From Limisphaerales bacterium (lineage in GTDB: Bacteria; Verrucomicrobiota; Verrucomicrobiia; Limisphaerales; SIBE01): DNA of 39,736 bases. Under the pieces are notes generated by a model. That model was not told where the DNA came from. It searched no databases and saw only the letters and a program-made list of their open reading frames with translations. Made by a program: the position numbers and the translations under genes. Every line of letters begins with the position of its first letter. Position 1 is the stretch's first letter. Where the stretch lies: the NCBI GenBank assembly GCA_044225505.1, contig JBGAIN010000067.1, forward strand, positions 1-39,736. The letters are read 5' to 3'. Of the stretch, positions 1 to 9,356 are shown piece by piece.

Positions 1-2
1 TC

Positions 3-1070
3 AATGAAGATTGGCTGGGAGAATACGTTCCACTCGGTTGGGAACGGCCTTTTCAAGCACGTTGGATGGCTCGTTTTTTCGTGACCAGTGGGGGCAAAGC
101 GTCATTCCGCTGGCCCCACATGAGTTACTCGTTTCCTGTCGCAAACGCGAAGACGCGCATTTGGGGTGTCTGGTTCGAAGACTGGAATCACTACCCCTTC
201 TTTTTTGAGGGGTCGCGCCTAGTTGCCCATTTTGAAAAGAGTTTTGTGCCTAAAGGAGAGGCTTTGATTTATTTTCTGGAGCCGGCCGCGGCGGATTTAT
301 TTTCGCCGACCGAGATTGTCGAACAGGTCCTGGGAAAGGATCGAGCTGAGGAGTTGCTCGATGTCGGCGCAAACCAGCTCCGAAAGCTCCGTTATTCGAC
401 GCCTAACGAGTTTTTGTATGATCGTCCGGTTTGCGCCACGACGACGAGGCTTTCTGGGATCAAAAAGGAAGAAAAGGCTACTGTGGGAGTGCAGTTGGCG
501 ACTCATCTTTATGAGTTCATCCGTGAGATTCGCAGTCGGGTGGACCAATATACCGCCTTTTTTGACGAACTCACTCGATATCTCGATGCACAAGACCTAG
601 CGCATCCTCAGGAGCGTGCGTATATAGCTGAATTGAGATCACTTCTGGCGGAGGGTCGAGCTAGAAATCAGGAGATTTACACGACTCCCCTCACGGTGGT
701 GCAGAGTAAAATCGACTCGATGAAACAATTGTTGCGAGCTGGGCAAGGAGATGGTTTCGATTGCGGCACGCTCGACGTGCGTGGCCCAGCGGGAGCCCAA
801 GATGATCTGTGTCGCAGGAACAACCGGCTTGTCCTGAGACTCATCGAAACAGCCGCACTTCAATGCGGAGACTCAACAGATCGTGCCATGATCGCGACCC
901 ACGTTTGGGACGTCTCGCGCGAGGTTTTGCGGAACCCGACGCATCTATGCTGCGATACTTTTCCGTTCTGCTCATTGCTGCCGTCCTATCTGGCTGCTCC
1001 CCGCGTTCCGACGCGCCTGCCCGGCAGGAATCGACAGCCGCTCGTTCCGCTTCCGAGTGGGAAATGGTGA
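3..1070 (+). CDS. Hypothetical protein, 5'-truncated by the window edge; the C-terminal tail runs into the next gene
   Basis: Frame is open from position 3 (NEDWLGEYVPLGWERPFQARWM...) to TGA at 1070. No family motif recognised. The last ~40 aa overlap the downstream lipoprotein gene. Confidence 0.75.
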   Translation, partial: NEDWLGEYVPLGWERPFQARWMARFFVTSGGKASFRWPHMSYSFPVANAKTRIWGVWFEDWNHYPFFFEGSRLVAHFEKSFVPKGEALIYFLEPAAADLFSPTEIVEQVLGKDRAEELLDVGANQLRKLRYSTPNEFLYDRPVCATTTRLSGIKKEEKATVGVQLATHLYEFIREIRSRVDQYTAFFDELTRYLDAQDLAHPQERAYIAELRSLLAEGRARNQEIYTTPLTVVQSKIDSMKQLLRAGQGDGFDCGTLDVRGPAGAQDDLCRRNNRLVLRLIETAALQCGDSTDRAMIATHVWDVSREVLRNPTHLCCDTFPFCSLLPSYLAAPRVPTRLPGRNRQPLVPLPSGKW

Positions 1071-1777
1071 CTGTATCCGGAGGCGAATTCACCATGGGCG
1101 CTGACGACGGGACGGTCGACGTCAAGCCTGGTCATCGCGTGAGGGTGGATGGATTCGTGATGGACGCGCGAGAGATTACCCAGGAGTTTTACGAGAAGAT
1201 CATGGGCGCCAATCCGTCACGCCGCAAGGCACCTCAGAATCCGGTTGAGCAAGTCACTTGGTCGGTGGCGGCAAAGTACTGCAATGCGCGATCGGTAAAG
1301 GAGGGATTCGAACCGTGCTATGATTTGAATACGTGGCAATGCAATTTCGCGGCCAGCGGATATCGCTTGCCGACAGAGGCCGAGTGGGAATATGCCTGCC
1401 GCGCGGGCACGGTGGGTGCCTATCATTTCGGAGACCGCGCGGAACAGCTCAAGGGCTATGCATGGTTCGAGGGAAACTCAGACTCCGGACCGCACCCTGT
1501 CGGTCAGAAAAAGCCAAACGCCTGGGGGCTGTACGATATGAACGGCAACGTCTGGGAATGGTGCAATGATTTTTACGGAGCCAAGTACTACCGAAATAGT
1601 CCGGCAGAGAATCCCCGCGGGCCGGATGAGGGTGAAAAAAGAGTGCTTCGCGGCGGGGCTTGGTCCGGAGGGCCAGAAATGTGTACCTCGTTCGCCCGCA
1701 ATTGTGATGAAGCAGGTACGACAGACGTCTGCCTGACTATGGACTCGAATGGCTTCCGGTGTGTGCGCCGAAAGTGA
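947..1777 (+). CDS. Formylglycine-generating enzyme (FGE-sulfatase/SUMF1) domain lipoprotein
   Basis: ATG at 947 gives a lipoprotein signal (MLRYFSVLLIAAVLSGC). Family motifs: GGEFTMG, YRLPTEAEWEYACRAG, PNAWGLYDMNGNVWEWC, RVLRGGAW, GFRCVR. Confidence 0.9.
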   Translation: MLRYFSVLLIAAVLSGCSPRSDAPARQESTAARSASEWEMVTVSGGEFTMGADDGTVDVKPGHRVRVDGFVMDAREITQEFYEKIMGANPSRRKAPQNPVEQVTWSVAAKYCNARSVKEGFEPCYDLNTWQCNFAASGYRLPTEAEWEYACRAGTVGAYHFGDRAEQLKGYAWFEGNSDSGPHPVGQKKPNAWGLYDMNGNVWEWCNDFYGAKYYRNSPAENPRGPDEGEKRVLRGGAWSGGPEMCTSFARNCDEAGTTDVCLTMDSNGFRCVRRK

Positions 1778-1783
1778 CTTCGG

Positions 1784-2680
1784 TCACGCGGGAGCGCCGG
1801 ATGTGGCGTCGAGCAAGCCTCGAAAATAACCGACGCATTCGGCAATCCCAGTCAGTGGGTTATCCATATCCTTCTCGTATTCCAGGCTGCAGACACCGCT
1901 GTACTGCACTTTATGGACAACGCTGAAGAATGCCGGCAAATCAATAGCGCCGCGGGGTAGTTCCGCAGCCCTCCCTGTCTTGTCGGGAGAAGTGACGTTC
2001 TTCAAATGAATGTCAAAGATGCGATCTGCGAAATCCGTCATCGCTCTGACGGGATCTTTGCCATCCCGGAATTGGTGACCGATATCCAGGCAAAGTCCCA
2101 CTCTGGGGTCTAAGTTCTGAATCAGTTCCATCGCGCTTTCCGCGTTAGGGAACAATTCCGGCATATCGGGACCATGGTTATGGATGGCGTAGCGAATGTC
2201 GTATTCCTGGACCTGGTCATGAACAAGTCTTAGCAGATCGGGCGAGGCTACGCGTTGTTTGTCCACCCGTTTGTAGGGCACGCCCACCAGCGTGCGTACC
2301 CCGACTCGCTTCGCGTAAGCGAACGACTTTTTGACCTCTTCCTCAGTCCCCATGTAGATGGGGCCCACTCCATAACCTGTTACCTCTGAGGCTTGGCATT
2401 TCGCGTGGAAATCGGCGATTTCCTGGACGGTGCTCTCCAAAGGCAAATGGAAATCCTTGATGCAAAGAAAGTGAACATCAACTTTGCGCAGCATTTCCAA
2501 CGTTGGCTCCAGTTTGAACTTGTTGAATGTATAACCGGCGATTCCTAGGCGAAATCGTGGCGCCGATCGCCGCCGACGAGAGTCGAGAGCGATTTGCGCA
2601 CTGGCTGGCGACCAAACCGGGCTGCTGACCACTGCTCCGGCAGCTCCAGCTTGGATGAGGAAGCGACGCCTTGAAGTCAT
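1784..2680 (-). CDS. Tat-exported sugar phosphate isomerase/epimerase (xylose isomerase-like TIM barrel)
   Basis: MTSRRRFLIQAGAAG is a twin-arginine signal. Metal-site motifs: AIHNHGP, CLDIGH, IHLKN, SLEYE. Confidence 0.85.
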   Translation of the reverse strand: MTSRRRFLIQAGAAGAVVSSPVWSPASAQIALDSRRRRSAPRFRLGIAGYTFNKFKLEPTLEMLRKVDVHFLCIKDFHLPLESTVQEIADFHAKCQASEVTGYGVGPIYMGTEEEVKKSFAYAKRVGVRTLVGVPYKRVDKQRVASPDLLRLVHDQVQEYDIRYAIHNHGPDMPELFPNAESAMELIQNLDPRVGLCLDIGHQFRDGKDPVRAMTDFADRIFDIHLKNVTSPDKTGRAAELPRGAIDLPAFFSVVHKVQYSGVCSLEYEKDMDNPLTGIAECVGYFRGLLDATSGAPA

Positions 2681-2722
2681 AAATTGAAGAAAATAACTGC
2701 CAATCTTGTGACGAAACATTTG

Positions 2723-2751
2723 ATTATGACGGTTCCGTGACCATTCGGCAA
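2723..2751 (-). promoter_or_regulatory. Putative sigma70 promoter of the isomerase gene
   Basis: TTGCCG-N17-CATAAT on the minus strand, 42 nt upstream of ATG 2680. Confidence 0.5.
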
Positions 2752-2825
2752 GCCACCTCCTATTCATGGTGGTCGATGGTGGCAGCAGGTTCCAGGGACG
2801 GTGGAAAACTTCATCGGGTGGGTCG

Positions 2826-5057
2826 TTATTCTGAAAGCGGTGTCACCTGAAAACTGTTTAGCTCAACCCCTTCCGTGCGAACCCCCAACTGATAAACGGT
2901 GAGATCGCGTCGATACGAAATCATGGTGCGTTGTCCGGCAATCTCTGCGTCAATGAGAGAGCCGCCCAGCTTGGGACCGCTCTTCACGAGCATTCGAACG
3001 CTAAACGGCTTATCGGTCCCAATCAGATTCTCAATCGCGTAGTTGCCAACATGCTGAGGGGACGCGCCTTCGCGCAAGGACTTCTCCTTGGATGCAAATC
3101 CGGCTAGCGAACTAGGTCCAAATTGCGCGCGGCGATCTCGGAGGCTAATCTGGAGTTCACAGGCGGGTTTTTGATCCGCTTCGGGCAGGAACGAAACACT
3201 GAATCGGCCGGTCGACTTTTCATTGGGATGAACAGTAAAGGAAAGAAGAAAGGAGCTAGACTGGACCGGGAAAGTTCTGGCCTGGGAGATCGTGGTGCCG
3301 AGTGTGTTCGGTTTCTCAAGGGCCGGTATCACTTCGTTCATCCATTTCGAGCCGATCCGGCCGTCCGCGAACTGGATCAGCTCGCGAAGCAGGAAGACGC
3401 CGCCCCAGCCACGCACTGGAATCCAACTCGCCATTAAAAAGCGCCCATCGCCAATTCGAGTAACGGCCGGCACGTTCGAGCCGTCATAGAAGTCGAGTCC
3501 TTCACGGACAATATCCTCATACGCGGACTCCGGGGCGTCTGCGGGTTTGCGCCAGAGTCCCGTGAATCCGCCGATGATGTAATCGAAGCTACCCCAGCGA
3601 AAGAATACAGTACAGTCTCCTCCTGGAGGGAAGTTCGGATTCACACATCGCCACCCTCCGTCAACGGTGTCCGATTCCCAAGTGCCGCTGGAACGGTAGT
3701 TGGCCAGCATACGCAGCTTTCCTTGTGGATCGGTGTAGACGCTGGGGTTCTCACACGGATGAAACATGATCTGAGATTTTCGGAATTGTCCGATTCCATC
3801 GGTGCTGATCGAGTAAGTCGCGCCGGCTGGCACTCCTGGGGTGGTTTCTCTCCGGAAGGTCCCACTGCTTCCAGAACGCTTTAGGTGCTCTCTCTGAGCC
3901 GGCAATGTCGTCTTTTCCTCTGGGTAAATGCGTGTCGTGTGCCAGCCGAAGCTCAGGCAAAGTTGATCCTTGAAAACAAACGGAACACCCGTGCCGATAC
4001 ATTCCCATTGCTCGTCAAGCGGAGTGGCGGCTTCGTGCTCGGTCCAGGTAATGAAGTCAGTCGTGGAGAGGTGTTCGAAATAATGAGCGCCGCAACCGAA
4101 CTTGCTTTGGTGATGCCGACGGTCATACAGGTAAAAGACGTGGTATCGGCCGTTGTAAAAGATGGTCTCGACGTCGCCTACCCAGTTATTATGACCGCGG
4201 GGCATCCAATACTGAATGCCGCGAATTTTTCTAGAGGCGGACGCTAACTGGTTCTGAGGCTGAATGGCCGGAGCGTAGAACTCAGCTTTATCAACGAACT
4301 CCTGGTCAATCTTCCAGGCGCTGCCGTCCGGCCATTGTGGGTAACCAAACGGAAAGTCATTATCGAGCAGTTCGCCGTCGACGTAGAGCGTCCAGTTGAC
4401 GCCCGTAAACTGCAACGTCACGTCATGCGCGCCTTCCGGCGTTGGGAGCATGGCTAACGGAATGCCAATGACCATTTCCTTCCACTCGGGATGCTCCACG
4501 GAATGCAGCGCGATCGCTGCTTCCAGCACCGGGACTGAGCCGTCCGACATTCTGAAGGCCGGGTAGTTCTGCCGATCGCGATCGAGTGGATCGTGGTGGT
4601 GAAGGCGCACGGCAATGGCATTGGGAATCTCAACAATTGTTCTCGGCTCGTTGAAGGTTTTTCCCTGGAGCCGGAAACGAAGGGTGAAGCTGTTCGTCAG
4701 ATTAGGCGGAACCGGCAGCATGGTCTGCGGCGCTTTCGCTGTCAGCGTGCTCAACGCCGGTTGAGTCGGGGTGAAGCGCCAGAGGTTTGATTGCCGTTCC
4801 AAGACAGGGCCTTGTTGGGATGCTGTCCCGGGGACAGGCTCAGCGTGACAGGGCCGGACCATCTCCGCGATATAGCCCCAAGCCAGGACTGAAACGAGAA
4901 CGCTCCCAAAAGATCGCACTGATCCAAACGGCTTCGCGTTAAACAGGCTCAGAAGGCCAGACTCTGTTTGCCTCCTCTGCGTCCGGCGGGAGGAGTGAAT
5001 CCTTCCCGCCGATTCTGAATGCGTGGGGAAGCTCGAGGGATTTGCTCTAAGGATCAC
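2826..5057 (-). CDS. GH32-like (clan GH-J) five-bladed beta-propeller glycoside hydrolase with an N-terminal LamG-like domain; start uncertain
   Basis: WVGDVETIFYNGRYHVFYL, EHLSTTDFITWTEH and IGTG resemble GH32 blade motifs. WTLYVDGELLD is LamG-like. Hydrophobic segment near the N-terminus. Confidence 0.7.
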   Translation of the reverse strand: MILRANPSSFPTHSESAGRIHSSRRTQRRQTESGLLSLFNAKPFGSVRSFGSVLVSVLAWGYIAEMVRPCHAEPVPGTASQQGPVLERQSNLWRFTPTQPALSTLTAKAPQTMLPVPPNLTNSFTLRFRLQGKTFNEPRTIVEIPNAIAVRLHHHDPLDRDRQNYPAFRMSDGSVPVLEAAIALHSVEHPEWKEMVIGIPLAMLPTPEGAHDVTLQFTGVNWTLYVDGELLDNDFPFGYPQWPDGSAWKIDQEFVDKAEFYAPAIQPQNQLASASRKIRGIQYWMPRGHNNWVGDVETIFYNGRYHVFYLYDRRHHQSKFGCGAHYFEHLSTTDFITWTEHEAATPLDEQWECIGTGVPFVFKDQLCLSFGWHTTRIYPEEKTTLPAQREHLKRSGSSGTFRRETTPGVPAGATYSISTDGIGQFRKSQIMFHPCENPSVYTDPQGKLRMLANYRSSGTWESDTVDGGWRCVNPNFPPGGDCTVFFRWGSFDYIIGGFTGLWRKPADAPESAYEDIVREGLDFYDGSNVPAVTRIGDGRFLMASWIPVRGWGGVFLLRELIQFADGRIGSKWMNEVIPALEKPNTLGTTISQARTFPVQSSSFLLSFTVHPNEKSTGRFSVSFLPEADQKPACELQISLRDRRAQFGPSSLAGFASKEKSLREGASPQHVGNYAIENLIGTDKPFSVRMLVKSGPKLGGSLIDAEIAGQRTMISYRRDLTVYQLGVRTEGVELNSFQVTPLSE

Positions 5058-5284
5058 GTGGATATTCTCAACGTTATGGTTCTTGATGCAAGACCGCTGA
5101 TGGGAGGGACTGCGCCTTTGCGGGAGGCCAGGTTTAGCTTAATCCGAGACCCATGGCGGCGCGGCTGGCTGCCGCGTGTCAGTTCTGCTGGGAAATATGT
5201 CGCCGGTTTTCAACCCCCGGGATGGACTGGACAGGCTTCCATCGGCAACGGAGTATAGAAGGACTTTCATCCAAGTCTGGTTTC

Positions 5285-8200
5285 ATGATCAAACTGCGTC
5301 TTTACGGCCTCGCGTTCGCCCTAGGAATCTTCAAGACCTCTACCATTTGGGGAGGCCAAGTGGTGATCAGCCGCATCCTGGCCGAGCCGAACCTCGGTCA
5401 TCCAGCTGTGGTTGAAATTTACAACATTACGTCCAACCCCCTGGACATTGCTGGATGGCGCCTCGCGGGAGGCGTCCGATTTAGGTTTCCAGACTTCTCA
5501 GCTGACCAGCCGCAAGCGTCGTTCTTGATGCCGTTCGAACGCCTTGTGCTTTCGAGCGTTGGATCCAACCCAACACGGGAGGTTTATAGGATCCCAGCGT
5601 CGGTTCGAGTGTTTGGTCCTTGGAACGGCAAACTCAAACCGGGCGAACGATTGGCTCTGGAGGATAAGAATGGAGTAACGATCTGTAGCGTAAATCCGGG
5701 GCGCAATTGGCCTTGGCCGGTGCCTGCGACGATGTCAGGCCAGGGCTTGGCGTTGGTGGATGCTCAGCGAGCGGCCGACGACTGGAGGAATTGGATCGTC
5801 ACAAGCCCTGCCACAACGCTGCCTGGGATTCCGCGAACGCGCCAGGAAGACTCTTGGGTTGCATCACCTGAGATCGAGGCAAACCGCGGACGAGTTTTAG
5901 TGGACTACGACGCCCTATGGGGGCTGCAGGATTCCGGCCAGAATCTTGGCCCGGAGTGGAAGACAGAACGGTTCGACGCTAGTCGCTGGCGGCGCGGCCC
6001 GGGGTTGTTGGGATTTGACACCAAACCTCTGCCAGGGCCCGGGCTCAAGACTCCACTGCGAAATGGGCGACAGATCACCTATTATTTCCGCCATACCTTC
6101 CAATTCCCAGGCCAGTTGCAGCCTGGCGACCGGCTGATCCTTGATCAGATACTGGACGATGGCGCGATTTATTATCTCAATGGCAAAGAGCTCGTTCGCT
6201 CCAGGATGCCAGCCGGTTTCGCAGGATTCGCAACGCTCGCGACATCCACGGTGCCAACTGCTTCCGAAGAGTTGAACGCGTTTGCGCTCGACCCGAACTT
6301 GCTCGTGAACGGCGAAAACCTGCTGGCGGTGGAGGTTCATCAATGTAGCGTGAATAGTTCTGATCTGATTTTCGGGATGCGGTTGCGCCTGGTCTCGTCG
6401 GTTCCTGCAGGATTTGTCATCAATGAGCTGGCTGGCGATTCCGCCAAAGGATTTGTCGAGATCTGCAATACCGCGGGGGATTCGCGGAATTTGAAGGGGT
6501 GCTTTATCTCGGACCAGCCAGGCGCCCTACGCCAGTTCGAAGTGACTCAAGATCGAGTGGTTCCCCCAGGAGGGCTCGTTGGATTTAGTCTTGCGGAGAT
6601 TGGCATTCATAGTCGCGAGCCGCTGACGGTCTACCTCATTGCGGCAGACGGGCGTACCGTTCTGAACGCTGTAACGGCGAATTTCGCGCAAGATGGCCGA
6701 TCGCTCGGGAGAAGTCCGGATGGTGGAAATCGTTGGTTTCGTTGGGCAGAATCGAGCCGCGGAATGCCGAATCGCGTGTCGAGTCTTCCAGGCGCCGGAG
6801 AATCGTCATCAAACCCGGGACAGGGTGAGGAACAATTTTTCGGCAACGTCATTATCAATGAATTGATGGTGGATCCGCCATTCGGCCGCGAGGGCAGTGA
6901 ATACATCGAATTATTCAATCGCGGAACGACGCCGATGGATCTGTCGGGGTGGCGCTTCGATCAGGGAGTCGAGCTGACCTTTTCGCAGGGAACGATCATA
7001 GCCCCGGGGGGGTATTTGGTTGCGGTTGCTAATGCCGTGCGCTTTCGGAAATTCTACGGTGACCTCCCCGTGGCAGGCGAGTTTACTGGCAAGCTTCGGC
7101 ACCAGGGAGAACTGTTGCGTTTGGTGGATGGAGTTGGGCGGGTCCAGGATTCAGTCGATTTCAAGACGGGCGGCGACTGGCCTTCCTTGGTGCGCGGAGG
7201 CGGGAGCAGCTTGGAATTGATCCATCCAGAGATGGAGAACAATCAGAGCTCGGCCTGGCGAGACAGCCGGGAAGACGGAAAAGCCACTTGGGGACAGTAT
7301 GCTTGTACGAATATCTACCTGGAACAGAACCCGATCGGGGCGCCTACCGATTTTCGAGAACTTCACCTGTTCTTAGTCGGGCCCGGACACGTGGCGCTGC
7401 GTCAGGTCGGCTTGCTTAAGAACGGACGGAATTTCTTGGATCGGCCGGATGGAATGGCCACGGACGGGAACAGTGCTCATGGCTGGGTGGCCCAAGGAAC
7501 TCATGCCGGCAGTTACATGACGAATGGGGAACTGCACCTTGTCTCGGACGGTCGAGGAGACAACCGCGCCGATCGCGTCGAGATTGACTGCGTGCGTCTT
7601 CGTCAGGGGGAATCCTACGAGTTACGCTTCGAGGGGCGTTGGATTTCTGGCTGCCCGCGCCTGATCGCGCAAACATGGGATCGCAGCATTGGGAGTTCCT
7701 TTTTGCTCGCCTTGCCATCGGCGCTCGGCACTCCTAGTCGCCGAAATTCAGTGGCTGCCGAGGAGCCCTTACCTCAACTCGACCATTTGGCGCATCGTCC
7801 CGCCGTGCCTCGACCTGGCGAGACGGTGCGCGTGAGCGTAGAGGTGGCTTCTCGAAAAGCGCTTAGCTGGGTGCAAGTGGTTCACCGACTAGACAACGCT
7901 TCGGGGGACGCCCATTGGTTGCGAACGCCCATGGTGGCTTCGGCAGAAGTAGGTGCCGACCGGGCTCTCTACTCAGCGGATCTCACCGCGCACTCGTCCA
8001 ACGGACAAGTCGTGCAGTTCTACGTGGAAGCCGAAGGGAAAGCGGGTGGGCTCGTCACGATCCCACGCGATGGAGCAGCGCGTCCGGCGCTCTATGTGGT
8101 GGACGATCGTAAGATCGCCCAGGACGGAAGAATCGATCGGTTTGTTCTCTCGGCGTATGACCTGGAGAGTATGCGGGAAGGGAACACGGCCAAATACGGC

Positions 8201-9190
8201 TTTCGCCAACCGCGCTTGTCCAATCACCGCTACAACATGACGTTCATTTCCAATGAGGAGAGCGCGTTTTACGGAGGCTCAATTCGGGTTTCGGGCAGCC
8301 CGTTCACGCGCGGACGTGACCTGGGCAAAGGCAAATGGGAACTGCCCGCGGACCGACCATTTAGAGGTCGGACGAAGTTTTACTTCGATAATGACAGCAA
8401 TTTCCACAATCGGCTCTGTCGCTATTTGCTCTACCAACTCGGGCACGTCGCGGGTGAAGCGGAATGGATTCGAGTGGCCATCAACAGTTCGGGCGCCTTC
8501 CTCAAGGAGGATACAGAACCGGTTAGCAATGAATTCCTGGAACGTGTGTTTCCAAATGGCCGCCAAGGCGAGCTTTATCGGTTTGATGATGAATGGTGGT
8601 TCACGGACAGCTGGGAAAGAAACAACCGAGATGCGGACTGGCTCTACAAGGGTAATGACGATCCGCTCTTTTATCGAACAGAATGGCAAAAACATACCCG
8701 CGAGGTAGCGGATGATTTTTCGGCGCTGATCGGCTTCTTCAAGCTCTACTCCGGTGGTCAATACTCTCAGAGTCAAATCGAGCAGTTTCTAAATGCGGAC
8801 GCGGTGATGCAAATGGCCGCGGTGCGCGGTTACATTGGGGACTGGGACAGTTTTACGATGTTTCGCGGCAAGAATGGTTATTTTTACCGCCGTCCTGACA
8901 CCGGCCGATTTCAGTTTCTCCAATGGGACAGCGACCTGGCGTTCCGCAGCCCGAACTACCCCTTTTACTCTGAACGCGTAGCGCCATGGCTAGAGCAAAC
9001 GTACAATTTCCCTCGGTTCAAGAAAATGCTGCTCGAGTTGGCGCGCGTCACGGAATCGCCGCAATTGGAGACTTGGCTCGCGTTGGAGGCGACGGCCTCG
9101 CCGGAACGTCCCGTCAACGTCGAATTTTACAAATCATTCTTTCGACAGCGGAATCTCTTCCTGCGAATGACAGGAGGCTCTGCCCACTAG
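5285..9190 (+). CDS. Secreted protein with lamin-tail domains and a C-terminal CotH kinase-like domain
   Basis: Signal peptide from ATG 5285. Three LTD-like units (e.g. VIINELM...EYIELFNRGTTPMDLSGWRF). CotH-type motifs IGDWDS, GKNGYFY, QWDSDLAF. Confidence 0.8.
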   Translation: MIKLRLYGLAFALGIFKTSTIWGGQVVISRILAEPNLGHPAVVEIYNITSNPLDIAGWRLAGGVRFRFPDFSADQPQASFLMPFERLVLSSVGSNPTREVYRIPASVRVFGPWNGKLKPGERLALEDKNGVTICSVNPGRNWPWPVPATMSGQGLALVDAQRAADDWRNWIVTSPATTLPGIPRTRQEDSWVASPEIEANRGRVLVDYDALWGLQDSGQNLGPEWKTERFDASRWRRGPGLLGFDTKPLPGPGLKTPLRNGRQITYYFRHTFQFPGQLQPGDRLILDQILDDGAIYYLNGKELVRSRMPAGFAGFATLATSTVPTASEELNAFALDPNLLVNGENLLAVEVHQCSVNSSDLIFGMRLRLVSSVPAGFVINELAGDSAKGFVEICNTAGDSRNLKGCFISDQPGALRQFEVTQDRVVPPGGLVGFSLAEIGIHSREPLTVYLIAADGRTVLNAVTANFAQDGRSLGRSPDGGNRWFRWAESSRGMPNRVSSLPGAGESSSNPGQGEEQFFGNVIINELMVDPPFGREGSEYIELFNRGTTPMDLSGWRFDQGVELTFSQGTIIAPGGYLVAVANAVRFRKFYGDLPVAGEFTGKLRHQGELLRLVDGVGRVQDSVDFKTGGDWPSLVRGGGSSLELIHPEMENNQSSAWRDSREDGKATWGQYACTNIYLEQNPIGAPTDFRELHLFLVGPGHVALRQVGLLKNGRNFLDRPDGMATDGNSAHGWVAQGTHAGSYMTNGELHLVSDGRGDNRADRVEIDCVRLRQGESYELRFEGRWISGCPRLIAQTWDRSIGSSFLLALPSALGTPSRRNSVAAEEPLPQLDHLAHRPAVPRPGETVRVSVEVASRKALSWVQVVHRLDNASGDAHWLRTPMVASAEVGADRALYSADLTAHSSNGQVVQFYVEAEGKAGGLVTIPRDGAARPALYVVDDRKIAQDGRIDRFVLSAYDLESMREGNTAKYGFRQPRLSNHRYNMTFISNEESAFYGGSIRVSGSPFTRGRDLGKGKWELPADRPFRGRTKFYFDNDSNFHNRLCRYLLYQLGHVAGEAEWIRVAINSSGAFLKEDTEPVSNEFLERVFPNGRQGELYRFDDEWWFTDSWERNNRDADWLYKGNDDPLFYRTEWQKHTREVADDFSALIGFFKLYSGGQYSQSQIEQFLNADAVMQMAAVRGYIGDWDSFTMFRGKNGYFYRRPDTGRFQFLQWDSDLAFRSPNYPFYSERVAPWLEQTYNFPRFKKMLLELARVTESPQLETWLALEATASPERPVNVEFYKSFFRQRNLFLRMTGGSAH

Positions 9191-9356
9191 CTCGGACCGG
9201 AATGGGCAGTTCCGTGGCCGACGTCGTCGTTTTGGAGTAGCGAGCGCCAGGGCCGTGGCTGACTGGGACCTGCACGGGACTGTTGTCTTGACCAATGGCG
9301 GCAGCTCGCTCGTCTAGCGGTGTGCCGCGTTTTGACATCGAAATGAGCCCGTGGAT

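Noticed and set aside
809..946. Longer N-terminus for the FGE protein given in the ORF track
   Set aside because: It overlaps the upstream gene; ATG 947 yields a clean lipoprotein signal.
947..1777. FGE-fold protein as a diversity-generating retroelement target
   Set aside because: No reverse transcriptase or template-repeat copy of its 3' end was seen in the window.
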